Below, one piece after another: positions 1-14,151 of a stretch of 43,112 nt of DNA. This DNA comes from Moniliella sp. 'wahieum'. Its lineage: Eukaryota. The stretch's first letter is position 1. Each line of letters starts with the position of its first letter. Below the pieces are notes generated by a model, which saw nothing but the letters and a program-made list of their open reading frames with translations, did no database searches and was not told the DNA's origin. Location: positions 682,001 to 725,112 of the forward strand of contig RSEE01000027.1 of the NCBI GenBank assembly GCA_003971905.1, written 5' to 3'. Made by a program: the position numbers and the translations under genes.

Positions 1-1399
1 GGGCTGTGGTGCGGCCCGGCCCAAGGGACCAGAACCTCCCGTGCTCTTGATCCGGACGGATGTAAGGAGCAGGGGCGCTGCCCCCCTGTTTTCGGCCTCG
101 GACTTGGAGCCTGCTCTGTCTGCTCAGGCCGGCTCCAAGGCAAAGGAAGGCGATGCGTCGGCTGGGTGGACCTTGTGGTTCCACGGGGGTGGGGAATGGC
201 GTTCTGGAAGAGCCTGGTCCACCCGCACACACGACGTCGCTGCGCAGGACACCCAGGCCCACCTAGCCCTCGAGGCACGCGCGCCTACCTTTCCCGACGA
301 TTTTGTTACTCCTCTTCTGCCAGGAGAGGCAGGGCCTGCTCTGCCTCTGCCCCCCACCCATCCTTTTGCCCATCTCTGGCACACGCGCGCTCTCGTCGCT
401 CGACGGGACTGGAAGCGGCATCCTTCAGGCAAACGGACGGCGTTGCCTCCCGATTCCGATGCCGCAGGACACCCCCTGACCGCCTTCGTCCCCTCGGGCC
501 CCAACCTCTTCCCCCACCATGCGGCCACGTGGCTCGTGGCAGCCCGTATGGCGCGCGCGCGCGCCCTGGCCGAGCTGCCCCTGACCCCGCTGCCTGGACT
601 GGAGACCAAGCTGGAGGAAAGGACACCTTGGTTGCTTCATGTCACCTCTGCGGATGCCACGGCCTGGTTGGGCCTCGCCTATGCGCTCTTTTCTCCCCAA
701 GCAACTCCCAGCACCGATGGTACCCAACTGGCGTGCGCGTTGCAGCAAGTCTCCTCGTTCCGTCCCCGTGCCACACCCGGCCTCGCAGCTCGTCTGGCCA
801 CGTGTTTTGTCCTGGTCCACATTGCCTGTGTGCGCAGGGGCACGCTCACCGCACCTGCATCGTTGCTGCTTGTCCCACAGCAGGAGGATCACCTGTGGCG
901 CTCCGCCTTGCACCAGCTTGCGTTGGACGGGAAAGATGAGGTGGCCAGAGAGACGATCGAGAGGCTAGAGATGTCGCGTGTGCCGGCACCCAAAGCACGT
1001 GCGCCCCGCTGCCCATCGGACCTGACCGCGAACCCGGCGAACCCGCACAACCGCCATCCTGGCACCACAAGCAACACCAGCGACGCTCAGCGCGTCCGCG
1101 CCGACGTACGCCTCTTGGGCACCCAAGATGCCCGGGTAGGTACCGTGACCAGCGCTGGGTTTTCCCTCACCCACGGCCGCGCCCATGGGGTGGGTGCGAT
1201 CAGTCTGCTGGCCCTCTGCCACCTCATGTTGCGCGATCAGATTTATTTGCCTGCGCTGCCGGATGGAGAGCAACCAATGCTGGGTCGTGCCAGCGCGGTC
1301 GGGTCGGACGCAACCCCGTCACCACTGCCCGCCTCGTCGCGGTCCAGAACGCGCCGGGAGCCACGTCGGGCTGCGACGGTGGAACCCATCGTGTTGTAG
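1..1399 (+). CDS. POP1: RNase P/MRP subunit Pop1, C-terminal part (POPLD domain and C-terminus); 5'-truncated by the window edge, frameshifted
   Basis: Joining ORF frames 41+ and 166+ gives PVLLIR...GWDLVVPRGWGMAFWKSLVHPHTR-VAAQDTQAHLALEARAPTFPDDF, a POPLD-like motif. The C-terminal VGTVTSAGFSLTHGRAHGVGAI...RAATVEPIVL* resembles fungal Pop1 ends. Recognised from family memory, not from a search. Confidence 0.8.
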   Translation, partial: GCGAARPKGPEPPVLLIRTDVRSRGAAPLFSASDLEPALSAQAGSKAKEGDASAGWTLWFHGGGEWRSGRAWSTRTHDVAAQDTQAHLALEARAPTFPDDFVTPLLPGEAGPALPLPPTHPFAHLWHTRALVARRDWKRHPSGKRTALPPDSDAAGHPLTAFVPSGPNLFPHHAATWLVAARMARARALAELPLTPLPGLETKLEERTPWLLHVTSADATAWLGLAYALFSPQATPSTDGTQLACALQQVSSFRPRATPGLAARLATCFVLVHIACVRRGTLTAPASLLLVPQQEDHLWRSALHQLALDGKDEVARETIERLEMSRVPAPKARAPRCPSDLTANPANPHNRHPGTTSNTSDAQRVRADVRLLGTQDARVGTVTSAGFSLTHGRAHGVGAISLLALCHLMLRDQIYLPALPDGEQPMLGRASAVGSDATPSPLPASSRSRTRREPRRAATVEPIVL

Positions 1400-2000
1400 C
1401 ACCCGGCGCGGCATATGGCTGCTACTAACACAGTTAATGCTGTGGGCTCTCTGTTTGTAGTCTGTCGGTAAAACGATGATGGATTGCACTTCAAGCTAAG
1501 GGATGGGAGATAGCAGCTAGTGGCAGGCACTGTCGTGGGGAGTGTTGCTGGGATTAAGCTTAAAGTAGCAAAGCGTACAGGCGGGCAATTTGCTGGGTTA
1601 AACGTTAAACATGCGCCCACTGAATACTGATCCACTAGTTTGGACCGCCAAGTTACCTTCTTTTCCTTCAGCAGCCGCCACGGCACCCTACAACGCACCT
1701 AGTAACCAGCCAACCGACGGGACTGGGTTTCGGGCACCGTTGCCTGTGGGCCTTTTGATAAAATTGTATGGCCCAAGTCGATTGCGAGTACTACTATGCA
1801 GAGACCCCCACGATCGTAATTGGAGAAAAGGGATATGCTACTACCTCGTTTCATCTCCGAGAAAGTGCAAGCTGGGCATGGTCAAAAGCAAAAAAAGGAT
1901 CATGATAATAGTACAAAGTGGGATGCTCTTCTTGGGGTGAATATTAGTTGAGATGGCCCAAAAAGAACTGCAGATGTGCAAGATAAAGTGACTGAATGGG

Positions 2001-5000
2001 TTAGAGTGAGTCGGTTAAACGGATCACTACCGCCCCGCCCTCGGGGTAGGTTGGGCAGGGAGAATCGTGTGTGGCTTCGGGGAGGGACAAGATGACGGGC
2101 GGGAGCCTTGGGCACAGAGATCCATCGCCAAACGCCTGAGCGGTGGCTTGGAGTGCCCTCTGGGCTTCCGAGGTGGAAAGGGAGCCCACTCCTCTCACTG
2201 TCTCGAAACGAGAGGAGGCGGAGGTCTTTGTACGGACAGCACGCCACGGAGCGAAGGAAGATGATTTGACCAAGCGCGTCGTATCTGCCCCATCATATAC
2301 CACCACCCTCCCGGTGGGACTCTGCACCCGCGTCAGCGCCTTTTGCCCGGCTTCCAGTCCCGTCGGATCGACAATCAAGTCGAACTTGTGCTCCCGTAGC
2401 ACCGACGAGACTGCCCAGGAAACTTCCCCACCACCACCCTGCGCCCCATGGGCCTTGCCCTCCGCCACCGCCGTGGGGCCCATAGACCCGGGTGCATGGG
2501 CGACCAGATACAGTCCCAGCTCAGCTTGCCGTCTTCGACACGCTTGCAACGTTACCAACCCCACTCCTTGGTGGGCATGTAGAATCAGCACCCGGTCCCC
2601 TCGCTCCAACCGACGACAGAACCGCTCCACAATCTCTTCTGCCACCATCGCAGGCACTGCGAGACACGCCAGCGATGCCATCCCCACCTCATCCGTCACA
2701 GGTGCGCGCACGACCCAGCTGGAATCGAGGGTGAGAGAACGCTGGGTGAACAGATCCGTCTGCAGTGTCAATCAAAAGCGCAGCAGGGGAAATTACACAG
2801 GTGAGGGGTATCAAAAAGTTAGTGGTTTGTTCCAAATTTCAGCTCGGCGCGCTAGGCCCTGGTAGCCGAGAAGACCAAAAAAGACCAAAGCCGTCTGTCG
2901 GGGATGGACGTACCTGTTGATCAGTAGTTTCATGAGGCTCTGGCACACCCACCACCCAATCTCCCTTGCTCACATGGCCCACCCCGCTCCCGGTGGCAGC
3001 CACCTTGCCCACAAAGCTCCTCCTCCACAGAGCCCACGCCCACGCCTCCCATACACCTCCATCTCCTTCCCACTCACCGTAACCGCATGCACCGTGATTA
3101 AGACGTGTGTGGACGCCAGCATAGTATAGGCAGCTGGCAACGCTGGTTCCGTTGTCCCCACCGTTTCGGCGCACCTAGATCCAGGGCAGAGGCAACGTCC
3201 AAACGAGGCAGCTGAACTGCAAGCGAGTGTGTAGGGGAGTGTGGGAAAGAAGACGAAGTGGGAGAGAAAAGAGAGGGAGCAGATCCTGCATGGGGTCCAC
3301 TTCTACGAGGTCGGTCTCCAATGGAGTCAGCCTCTCCATAGGAGGCAGCTGGGGTGCCGCAATTGGGGGACCGTCCGTTTTCTGTCCCGTTCGATCCTGT
3401 TTTCGACGATGGAAGGAAAAGAAGGGACGCGGAACGGTCGGGGCATGCGCATGCGAGACCCAGCCTGGATCCGAAGGCGATGGCGAGGAAGGGATGGTGG
3501 GCAACAGCGTGAATTTACTGTGGTCTTCACCACTGGACGTCCAAAAGGGCGAAAAAGATGGTTCCTGTGGCGTCCCATCACACGGCTCAGGGGACGGAGA
3601 TGCGATTGTGGGCAGAGCCACACTCGCCGGAGATGCTGTTTCAGCCACGGGTTCGGACGTCGCAGCGTACCACCGGCCGCGATTGAGTATGTTATTGGAC
3701 GAGGGAGCACTAGGTGGAGACCTAACCCTTGGCGCCAATTGCTCCTCCCCTTGCGACACTGAAATGAGCCGCGGGCCCAAACGGTTGGGCTGACGGGAGG
3801 AATGGGTGAGTTTGGAGGACGTGGAGAAGCAGGTTGCGGGTGGTTCCTTGCCATACCCAACTGGGGTTTCGGTTCCGGCGGGGATAAGGAATCGCCGGAT
3901 TGGTTGGCCATTCGGTCAGGCTGCATTTTCTGCCTCCCCCGTGAGACTTTTGATAGGAACGCGGTGGGCATCCGGGGAATCGGACATAGGGAAGAGCGCC
4001 TGTTCATTCTCTCCTAACCCCTCTTGCCTCCTAACCATTGTTTCGATGTCCGTCACAGATTCTCCCTTTGTGTCCGAGGCTACTCCTTGAACAGGCTCAC
4101 TCCGGGAGTCAACCCTGCCGTCAGAAGCAGGAGTAGGGTAGTGGTCCGCGAGATTGGCAGGGTAGCATCCAGCGGTGAATTTGATGCAACCTCCTCCACC
4201 GGCGTTGAGGGTTTATTGATGGGCACGCGGGCCGCACGAGGGGTGGGGGGTAGGCTAGGCGGCATCGAAAAGGGAGACTGCAACCCGTCTGGATCTGCCT
4301 CTGGCCTCTTCTTAAGCTGACGGCACTCCCCTTCACCTTGATCCTCCTCCCACCGCTCGTGGTATGAACTGACAGAAGAATCCCACACTTCTGACTCTTC
4401 TCCCACACCCGTAACCTCCGGCCCATACTCCACCCTTTGCCCATCCGACAAGCCGTGGCCACCGACGTGATGAGAATCACGAAGGCTGGGAAAGCCATCT
4501 GCCGAAGGGAAGCGGGCCAGTTCACTTGGGAACCGGGCAAGGGGAAAAAGGGAGGAAGCAGTAGAATGAGGAGACCCTACTTGACGAAAGGCCAGCCTGT
4601 GTCTGTGGGCTGGTCGGGACAGACACACCACGGGTGGATGCCATGAGGGCAACCGAGTTGGTTCGGATGGAAGAGAAACCTAGCTCGGCAGCCATACTCA
4701 AGTCCCCTCTTGTACTCTGTCCGTCCAAGTCCCCACCCTCGTTGGCCGTTTGCTGAAGGACCCTTCCCTCCTCCTTTACTGGACTCTGGCCCGCAAAGGC
4801 CCCAAGGGAATGGTGGCCAGAGAAGGAATAGGCGGAGAGGGGCGCTAGATCGGTAGGCACTTGGGGCTCGTGATGGCTGGGTTGGTGAAGACTTTTATTT
4901 CTTTGGCGGGAGGGGGTTGGATACTCCGATTGAAGAGGGGGTGGAGCAAGGACACTCGCTAGCATGGCAGCGAGAGGCCCTGGACCTGGACGGCAGGCCG

Positions 5001-5543
5001 GGTGGGGTAGCGGAAGGGGATGGTTCGTCTCTGCACACATCGGCTGGGGCGCACCGACGGTCGCGCCTCCTGTTACCGGCTGTGGTGACGGTGCGAGCGG
5101 GATGAAAGACGGTCCATGGGGTAGATGCATTCCTGCCCCGTGAGATGAAGCGGGCATCGAAGGCCATGACGAGTTGGTGCTGTAGCCGGGCCCTGATGGC
5201 CACACCTCTTCCCTATTAGAGGGGGAATGCATGTGTTGGTGAGTCGGTGTCATGCTCCCCTGTCTGTTCCACGGCTGAGAGGTTGCCCAACCAAGGGCTG
5301 CGCCAGCCCATCTGAGCGGACGCCATACCGGGGATCGGCATACCCTTCATAGGGAGGGTGCGGATCCGGGGGAAAGTAATGGCGGGGGGGCAGGCGGGTG
5401 ACGTAGCTAGAAGAAGAGGGTGCCAACATCGTAGCCCGCGTACGGTGCTGGCGGCGACGACCGGCAGAGCTGGGAACATGGCTGTCACTGTCGCGGTAGG
5501 TGTAGGAAGGGCGGTTGAGGAGCGTGTCAACTAGGCGTGTCAT
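2001..5543 (-). CDS. Large protein: long disordered N-terminus plus C-terminal medium-chain dehydrogenase/reductase-like (GroES + Rossmann) domain; spliced and frameshifted
   Basis: Motifs VLITVHAVTVS...RSFVGKVAATGSGVGHVSKGDWVVGV and GDRVLILHAHQGVGLVTLQ...FDLIVDPTG. In-phase introns 2760-2913 (GTACGT..CAG, DQQ|TDL) and 4499-4580 (GTAGGG..CAG, SS-N-GFPSLRD) link ORF pieces 5250-, 4522-, 4080-, 3175-, 2839- and 2001-. The start codon is uncertain. Confidence 0.6.
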
Positions 5544-6465
5544 GGTGATGATGGTAAAGGTGGGGGGGCAAGGTGGGTCGCGGAGGCGGGGTGCTCAAAA
5601 GGGTGTATACATTGCTGGTTGGAGCGATCTACAAAGGTTGTGTGAGACCAGCTTTACTGAGCAAAAATGCACAACGGAGCGAAGGGCTTTTTGTCACAGC
5701 GTCACACGGACGAGAGGAGGAACTAGGAATGGGAGTCTCCAGGCACGGGCCAATATAGAGCTACTAACTAGTAGTCCTTAGGCCTTAGGGACAGTACCTA
5801 GTCACTATATCTACTAGCTACGATACATTCACAAACCCAACATTCGTAATTGGCCCATGAATTAGTGATGCAGACCGTGCACCCGGCCCCACGTTTTTAC
5901 ACCCGTTACGCGTTATTATAGGGTTGCAAGCTGCCCCAGTTAATTTCAACGTAGATCGTCTGTGTCCTCTGAACTCATCGAACCTCTGCCTCAGCGCCTG
6001 AGTGACCTGAGTCGGGCAGTGCCTCACCAGAGCTGCCACTGCCTAACCCTACCGCTCATTGTCGCTGCCTGGCCGCCTGGCTGCCTGCAAAACCTGCGGC
6101 AACCTGAGACATGACGCGTGACGCGTGAATATCCGGAACAGGAACAGCGATCGCAGGAATGGTTTCGGGGTGTTAGAGCGTAGAACGGCGGCATCGAAGA
6201 CGCTGAGATTGAAGAGGCGCTGAGCGGATCTGTGATCTGGGAGCCCCCGAGACGCTCGATGCGTAGGGCATGGCAGTCGTATGCCCGATGGGACCGCCCC
6301 GCATCAAACAGACGTTTCCGCTCCAGTTGTCCAACTCTGTCTTCGGCCAGCATTGCTGGTTGCTCTCTTCCGCCGCCTCAATTGCCCTCAGCGCGCTCAG
6401 CCCGGGCCCCTGTGCCCCCTCCAGCATCGCCTCCGCTCTGAGAGCACATCATATCACAGCACAGC

Positions 6466-7674
6466 ATGCCCTACGCGCCGCCCATCTTGCCGTCGCTGAA
6501 CGCGCTGTGCGTGCGGCCGCTCTTCTGACCAACTCGGTCTTTGACCATCTGAGCACCAGCGACCAGCTCGCCAAATCCGATGCCTCCCCCGTTACTGTGG
6601 GTGACTTTGGCAGCCAGGCGGTCATCATCAGTTTGCTCGCCTGCGTTCCCTGACATTCCGGTCGTAGGAGAGGAGGATGCGAGCGCTCTGCGCGGGGATG
6701 CACCCGACGCAACCCAGCTCCGCACCCATGTCGTTACCCTGGCTCGCCAGGCCTTGGCCGCAGCCGCACGCCAAGACCCTCCCACCCCCCACAGAGTCCG
6801 CCGAAGCGCGGATCGTGGCCAACGCCTTATCCAGCCACTACACCGATGACCAGTTTCTTGACGCCATTGACCGCGGCAACTACAAGGGTGGTGCTACAGG
6901 TGGTGCGTACTACTGCGAAATCCATGCCAGCTCACCACTAGCATAACGAGAGCCCCTGCTGATCCTGTTTGCGTTTGCAGCCATGTGGGTCCTCGATCCC
7001 ATCGACGGGACCAAGGGTTTTTACGAGGAGGCCAGTATGCCTGTGTCTTGCGTTGGTTGTGGATGGGCAAGTGCAAGTCGGCGTGATTGGCTCGCCAAAC
7101 TTGCCCTTGGAAGTGGGCCAGCCGACTGGACCCAAGGGCGTCCTGGTCAGTGCCGTTCGCGGCCAGGGGGCCACCCAATCGCCTCTCTTTGGCCCCACCG
7201 CTTCCCCCCATACCCCATACAGATGACACCGCTTACTCCCTCCGACTTGGCTACGGGCAAGGCGCGCTTTTGCGAATCGGTGGAGGCAGGTCATGCGTCG
7301 CATGAGACGAACGAGCGGATCGCAGAGCTGCTGCACCTCGATACCGCTCACAGTGTGCGGATGGACAGCCAGGCAAAGTATGCTTCGATCGCTCGCGGGG
7401 ATGGCGAGATCTACCTTCGCATTCCCGTTCAGCTGGGCACCTATATCGAGAATTTGGGACCATGCGGCGGGGGCTTTGATTGTGGAGGAAAGTGGGGGTA
7501 AAGTGAGCGATGTGAGGGGGGCCGAGCTGGATTTTGGCCAAGGCCGCACGCTATGCACCAACATGGGCGTAATCGCATGCCATGCTAGTGTCCACCCTCT
7601 TGTTCTCCAGGCGGTCCACAGGCCATCCGGGAAGAAGGCCCACGCGGCGCCAGGCGCTGCTGCACGAGGCCTAA
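6466..7674 (+). CDS. MET22: 3'(2'),5'-bisphosphate nucleotidase (HAL2/MET22, inositol monophosphatase family)
   Basis: Motifs KSDASPVTVGDFGSQAVI, VVGEED, WVLDPIDGTKGF, FCESVEAGH, RMDSQAKYASIARGDG and IWDHAAG. Intron 6903-6980 (GTGCGT..GCTGAT..CAG) is in phase. Several indels; both ends are inferred. Confidence 0.93.
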
Positions 7675-7937
7675 GCTGCCCCATCTACTTGCATTGTGCC
7701 TGTATGGTCCTCCCGGCTCTGCCAGAAAGTACGATATAGACAGGCTTACAGGCTTAGCATCGCTGTTGGTGGTGGGCTGTTCGGCGGATGCCGGGGGACA
7801 AGTGGGACAAAGGCTAGATACAGAGTCCGGGTTGATCGATGGTATAGATTGTAGATCACGTGCGAGCCTTCCTTGTTACTCGATTTTTCATGATTCTCCC
7901 CGGCAGAGCCTCTCCGCAAGAGCCGCCGCCAGCTGCC

Positions 7938-9111
7938 ATGCCTCAGCCGCCGACGCTCGTCGAGGCCCACATCGATGCCGCTGCGCTGCGCGCGTTCGCG
8001 GCCTATCTCCCGCCGCTCGGCATTCCTCAAGCTCTGCACGACGACCCCCTCGGCCTGCTCTCCAAATACGTCCCGCGTGTGCCTGACCACATTGCCCCGC
8101 CATCTGGGGCTCCACCAGCCGTGCAGCGGCAAGCGCCAAGGGCACGTCGCCCCCCCCGAGTGTCAGCGTGCTTGTTCCCGATGTGTCTGCACGGGCCCAT
8201 GTGCCGCTGATTGCAGCACGACGACGGGCGTTCTGGGACCATGTCCAGAGCCGCGACCCTCATGCTGGCCCGCACGCCGATGCGCCTCCGCTCTCAGCGT
8301 TGGAGGAGGAAGTTTTCCTTGCGTGTGCTGCGAACGAGCACCAACACTGTTTCACCATGCCGTTGGATCGCTTACCTTGCCTCCCACCATGGCTGACGAA
8401 GGCTTACCCCCGCCCTTGGCCACAGCCACCCATCGCGCCCAGGACCAAGGCGCACACCAGGCTAAGGGTGCCGCCTTTGCTCGACTGCTTCAGCGCGTCG
8501 ACCAGCAGGACGCAGCGTTGGCGTATGGCGGGCACGGAACGGAAGGCGTACAAGAGCAAGGGCTAGAACAAGGACAAGGACAAGGTCACGGGGATGCCTT
8601 TTACTCGCTCTCATTATCCCAAGATGACAACACGACCAATGCATCCGCCTTGGGACGCTCCCCCAATCCAAGGAGACTCGGGGAACAGGAAAATGAGGAG
8701 GAAGAGGATGATTTCGTCCCCGAGGAGGACAGTGACGAAGACGAGTCTTCCCGCCCTGTGGCATCAGCTGCGACAGGATTGCCTCCACACGATGGCACCG
8801 ACGAGGTTGCCGGGCTGCATCTGTTTACCCAACAAATGCGGGCTCACTTTCTTGCTGGGGACCAGGTACAGTTCGGTTCCGAGGTTGGTTGGGCAGCGTT
8901 GGCTTGCGTTGGTCAACCACTAACTCATTTCACTCATTTCACTCATTTCGCAGACCATCTTTTCACCCTCCCTCTATGCCCAAGTCGACTTTGACTCCTC
9001 CCTTGACCCTCGTCCTTCTGCGCGGTCAGCCACCGAGCCCAGAAGGGGAACGGCGACCTTCGGGAGGTGACAGACGAAGATAGATGGTTTGACGAATCGG
9101 ACTCGGACTAA
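7938..9111 (+). CDS. CCDC97-like (DUF2052) acidic protein
   Basis: Acidic tract EEEEDDFVPEEDSDEDE followed by FTQQMRAHFLAGDQ|TIFSPSLYAQVDFDSSLD...DEDRWFDESDSD*. Intron 8866-8953 (GTACAG..CACTAAC..CAG) is in phase. Frameshifted. Confidence 0.65.
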
Positions 9112-9733
9112 GTCAACAGCGGCGTGGTCTCTCTCCTGCTGTCCAACTAACGATGCGGGGGCTGCCAAGGCCCAGGCTCGGAACGACCGCACCATCTAGA
9201 TTCCGATCAACCAAGGAATGCGGTAAACTTTGCCAAAGGAGAATGGAAAGAGGATCGATACAGTATCAGATCAGATCGACCATCAGAAACAGAAATAAAG
9301 TGGGGAGGGTAGGGGAACTGGCAAGACGGAAACAGGAGCATGACACATCCCGAGCGCCCGACAGCAACGGATGGGGAAAGCGATGGCAGAGATCATTGAA
9401 CAGAGTGAAATGGAAGGGAAAGGAAAGGGGAATGGGCGAGGAGCGGAGCGGGGCAAAAGGGGAAGCGTACGAGTACAGGCTTCGGCTCGAGCAACCAAGG
9501 CGTCATCAAACAGATATCCGGCAAAGCCCGGCCACCAGGCTGGAAAGTTATAAAAGGGTCGAACTCAGCCCACGCAGATGACCGGGGGCAGCTTCACTTT
9601 GCAAAAGGAACGTGGGCGCTTGACACGCCAAGAGGTGCGGGGAGAGAGGGGAATACAATCAATGCAAACGTCACGATCGAGTCCATGAGTCACCAGTTCA
9701 CAACCAAGAAGACGAGCGTCAAGAAAACCCACA

Positions 9734-10854
<1,121 letters not shown>

Positions 10855-11689
10855 CTACACTGGCCCACTGCCTGTCTGCCTCAGCGTGTTGCGCTCAAAC
10901 CACCTGCCACGTCACCCCGTCATCGACCCAATCACCGTCGGCCAGCTGCCACCAATCCTTCCTTAGGCGTTAATCAGAGTGCCAACCCAAGCACCCAGTT
11001 GCCAGCTGCCAACCCCATGTCTCCACCGCCAGCCCCATCGCCAGCCGCAGGCCAAGGAGCGAGCGAGCGGGCAAGGGGAGCCGACCCCGAAGCCTTCCTT
11101 GCACGACAGGTCACACATCCAATTGAATCGATCGTTGAACGTTGATCCGCATCAGCAGAAGAGCGAGCGAGCGAGCGAGCGACAACAGAGAGAAGGCAGT
11201 GCGCCAGCCGGAGCACCGCCCCCCCCGCTGCCGGCTGCCGCATCGTCTCGCTCACGTCCGACGCGCAGCACGAGGCCAGTGTGTGGAGCCGCACCAACCG
11301 GCACAAGGCCGACACTGGCGCTGCGCGGGCCCAGGGCGCGCGGCTGGGAGTTTGCATGTAAAAAGGTCGCTTCTTCCTCGTTTAGCTTGACTCAGCACCC
11401 TAGCCGAACAGCCTGGAGAATGTTACACGGCCAACTAGGCGGACCCAAGCGAACCATCTTGCCCTTTCTCTCATCTGCCTTTTCCACCCCCACCACTTTC
11501 CACTGCACTGGCTTCTCACAGGCCCCCCTTTGTTCCAGTCTCACCCCCACGCTCCCTTTCTCCTCCCCCATCCTCCCCCTCTCGTCCTCGCTCCAGTGCC
11601 ATTTCCCTCCATCCCTTAACCCATCGTATCACTACTCGAGCGCTATACAGCCAACCTTTCACACCCACCTACCCCTGTGTGCATACACC

Positions 11690-14151
11690 ATGCTGTCCTC
11701 CGCCCTTATCGCTGCGGCGGTTGCGCTGGCAACAAGCGCGTCTGCCGCGCTCGCCGGAAAGCCTCTCACACACGACATCCTAACTCACGACTCGCTCGCC
11801 TCAGCCATGATGCTCGGCTTGGTTGACAACAACACTGCCTTTGTTCTCGACAAGGTGGAGGGCAACGCTGCGAAACTTCCTAATGGCAAAATTGTCTGGG
11901 GCTCGCTCATCGATCTCACTGATGGTCAAGTACGTGGGGTCGATGTTGAGACGAATGCCTTCTGTGCCGCCGGCATGACCATGCCAAATGGCACATGGGC
12001 CGTCGTGGGTGGCAACCAAGCCGTCCAGTACGGCAACGTTGCCGTGACGGGGAACCAGAACCCTTACCAATCCAAAGACGGACGCAAGGCCATTCGTGCT
12101 GGATATTGTTGGCGCCCAGCCGGGTAGCTACAATTGGAACGATGATGGTCATCTCCAAATGGCTGGTCAACGCTGGTACGTAATCCCTCCTCTGGATCTC
12201 TCTCTGCCGCACACGTTCGCATACTCGAGGGACATTGAAAGGATGTTGAGGAAGGAAAAGAGAGGCTGATTCACGAACTCTGCCTGTGAAGGTACCCTAC
12301 CGTCGAGAGCATTGCCGATGGAACTCTGGTCATCATCGGAGGTTCCACCAGCGGCGGATACATTAATCGCAACTTACCTAACACGGATCCAACCTTCGAA
12401 GCGTCACCAGGTCAAGGCTCGATCCAGAACTTGGCTGCCGGTGGCGCTAATCCTACTACGAGTACTTTCCCGCTCGAACCAACATCACCGCACAGGGATC
12501 GTTCCAGGGCATGCAGATGTCGAAGTTTATGACGACCACCAGCGGACTCAACATGTACCCCCATATGTTCCTTATGCCTAGCGGCAAGATTTTTATGAAC
12601 GCCAATGTCTCCAACATCCTGTGGGACCACAACCAGAATGTTGAGACTCCACTTCCCGATACTCCTGGGGGGTAATCCGTGTCTACCCGGCCTCAGGTGC
12701 GACAGCCATGAAGCCACTGACGCCGGACAACAATTACACTCCCACCATCCTGTTTTGTGGTGGCATGGTTTTGGATGAAGATGAGCAATGGGGCAATTAC
12801 ATGCTCCCAACGTCAACATGTACCAGACGGCTACCTCAACCAACTGTGCTTCTATTCAACCTGAGCATGCTGACGGTACGCCTGTGGACAATCCCCAGTT
12901 TGTCACAGAGGATGACATGCCCGTTGGCCGGACCATGGGCCAGTTCATTCACCTGCCGACGGGCCAGATGCTGATCGTCAATGGGGGGGAGAATGGAAAG
13001 CAGGATACGGCAATACGAGTTGGAACATGCTTGAACTCAATGGCCAGCAAGTCCGCTTGGAGGGCATGGCATCTGGTCCAACCTTGACTCCGCTCTTATA
13101 CGACCCCGATCAACCCAAGGGTAAAAAGTTTACTGATGCCAACTTTGGACAAAGCCAGTTTGCCCGCTTGTACCATTCCTCTGCCATACTTGCTCCTGAT
13201 GGTTCGGTCCTCATTGCTGGAAGCAACCCGCACAACGATGTGAACTTGATCATGCCACTCGCGTCCAACCCTCAAGGCTATAACACCACGTATGTGGTCG
13301 AAAAGTGGTACCCGGACTTACTTTGCTCCCCGTCCTGAACCCACTGGGCTTCCCTCTGTCCTTACCTATGGCGGGAATAGCTTCAATGTGACCGTCGGAA
13401 AAGAGTACATGAACCAATCCTCTAATGCCCTCGCCGCTGCCACCAAGTTATGGTCATCGCCCTGGCTTTTCCACGCACGCCATGAACATGGGCCAGCGCA
13501 GTCTCCAGCTGGAGAACACGTATGAGGTGCAGAAAGACGGAAGTGTGGTGTACACGGTCAACCCACTGCCCACCAACCCCAACCTGATCACAGCCGGACC
13601 TGCGTTGTTATTTGTCACGATTGCTGGTGTGCCGTCTCAGGGCAAGTTTATCTCCATTGGCGAAGACATGAATACCATTGGCCCAGCCCCTTGGACCCCT
13701 AAGATCCAATCCGCGCCACCGAAACTGTACCCTGCCAAGAACGGCTCCAGCTCGTTTGACAACCCACCCGCGCAAGTGTATACCGGTACCGGCCCGTCCA
13801 AAGAATTCGGCAAGGCGTAGCGTGGGCACAGGTTCCACCAGCAACACGTCCTCCTCGAAAAGTAAGGTGGGGCTTGGGGTTGGCATCGGGGTCGGGGTAG
13901 GCGCTGGACTAGCAGTGGCATTGTTGGGCTTGGTGATCTACAAGAAGAAGAAGGCTTCCTCAAGTACCAAGCCTGCTGCCGGATACACTGCCGCTGCCGC
14001 TTCGGCACAAAGGGGAGACGAGGCACTGACGGCGCCGTCTGTTCCGTTTGCTCCCTATGGCCATGCCGCCTCCTCTTCGCTGTCCACTTTTGATTCTTAC
14101 AACCTGTATCATCTCCCCAGGGGAGTCAAACAGGCAGCCGGGAGGCGTTGA
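11690..14151 (+). CDS. Copper radical oxidase / glyoxal oxidase (CAZy AA5_1), signal peptide plus C-terminal TM anchor
   Basis: Signal peptide MLSSALIAAAVALATSASA. Motifs NAFCAAG, QRW|YPT across intron 12176-12291, ARLYHSSAILAPDGSVLIAGSNPH and RPGFSTHAMNMGQR. TM segment VGLGVGIGVGVGAGLAVALLGLVIY followed by KKKK. Multiple indels. Confidence 0.93.

Noticed and set aside
2143..3793. Long plus-strand ORFs 2143-2865 and 3227-3793 (and similar ones such as 15605-16303, 31414-32190, 32798-33718)
   Set aside because: Antisense shadows of real minus-strand genes in GC-rich DNA, with no independent motifs.
3916..3918. In-frame TGA (minus strand) in the MDR-like gene as selenocysteine, readthrough or an alternative code
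   Set aside because: It lies in a poorly conserved disordered region of an error-rich assembly, and TGA serves as a normal stop in other genes here.
10979..11689. N-terminal 237 aa of the 382-aa ORF 10979-12127
   Set aside because: Promoter/UTR low-complexity read-through; the real protein starts at the signal-peptide ATG at 11690.
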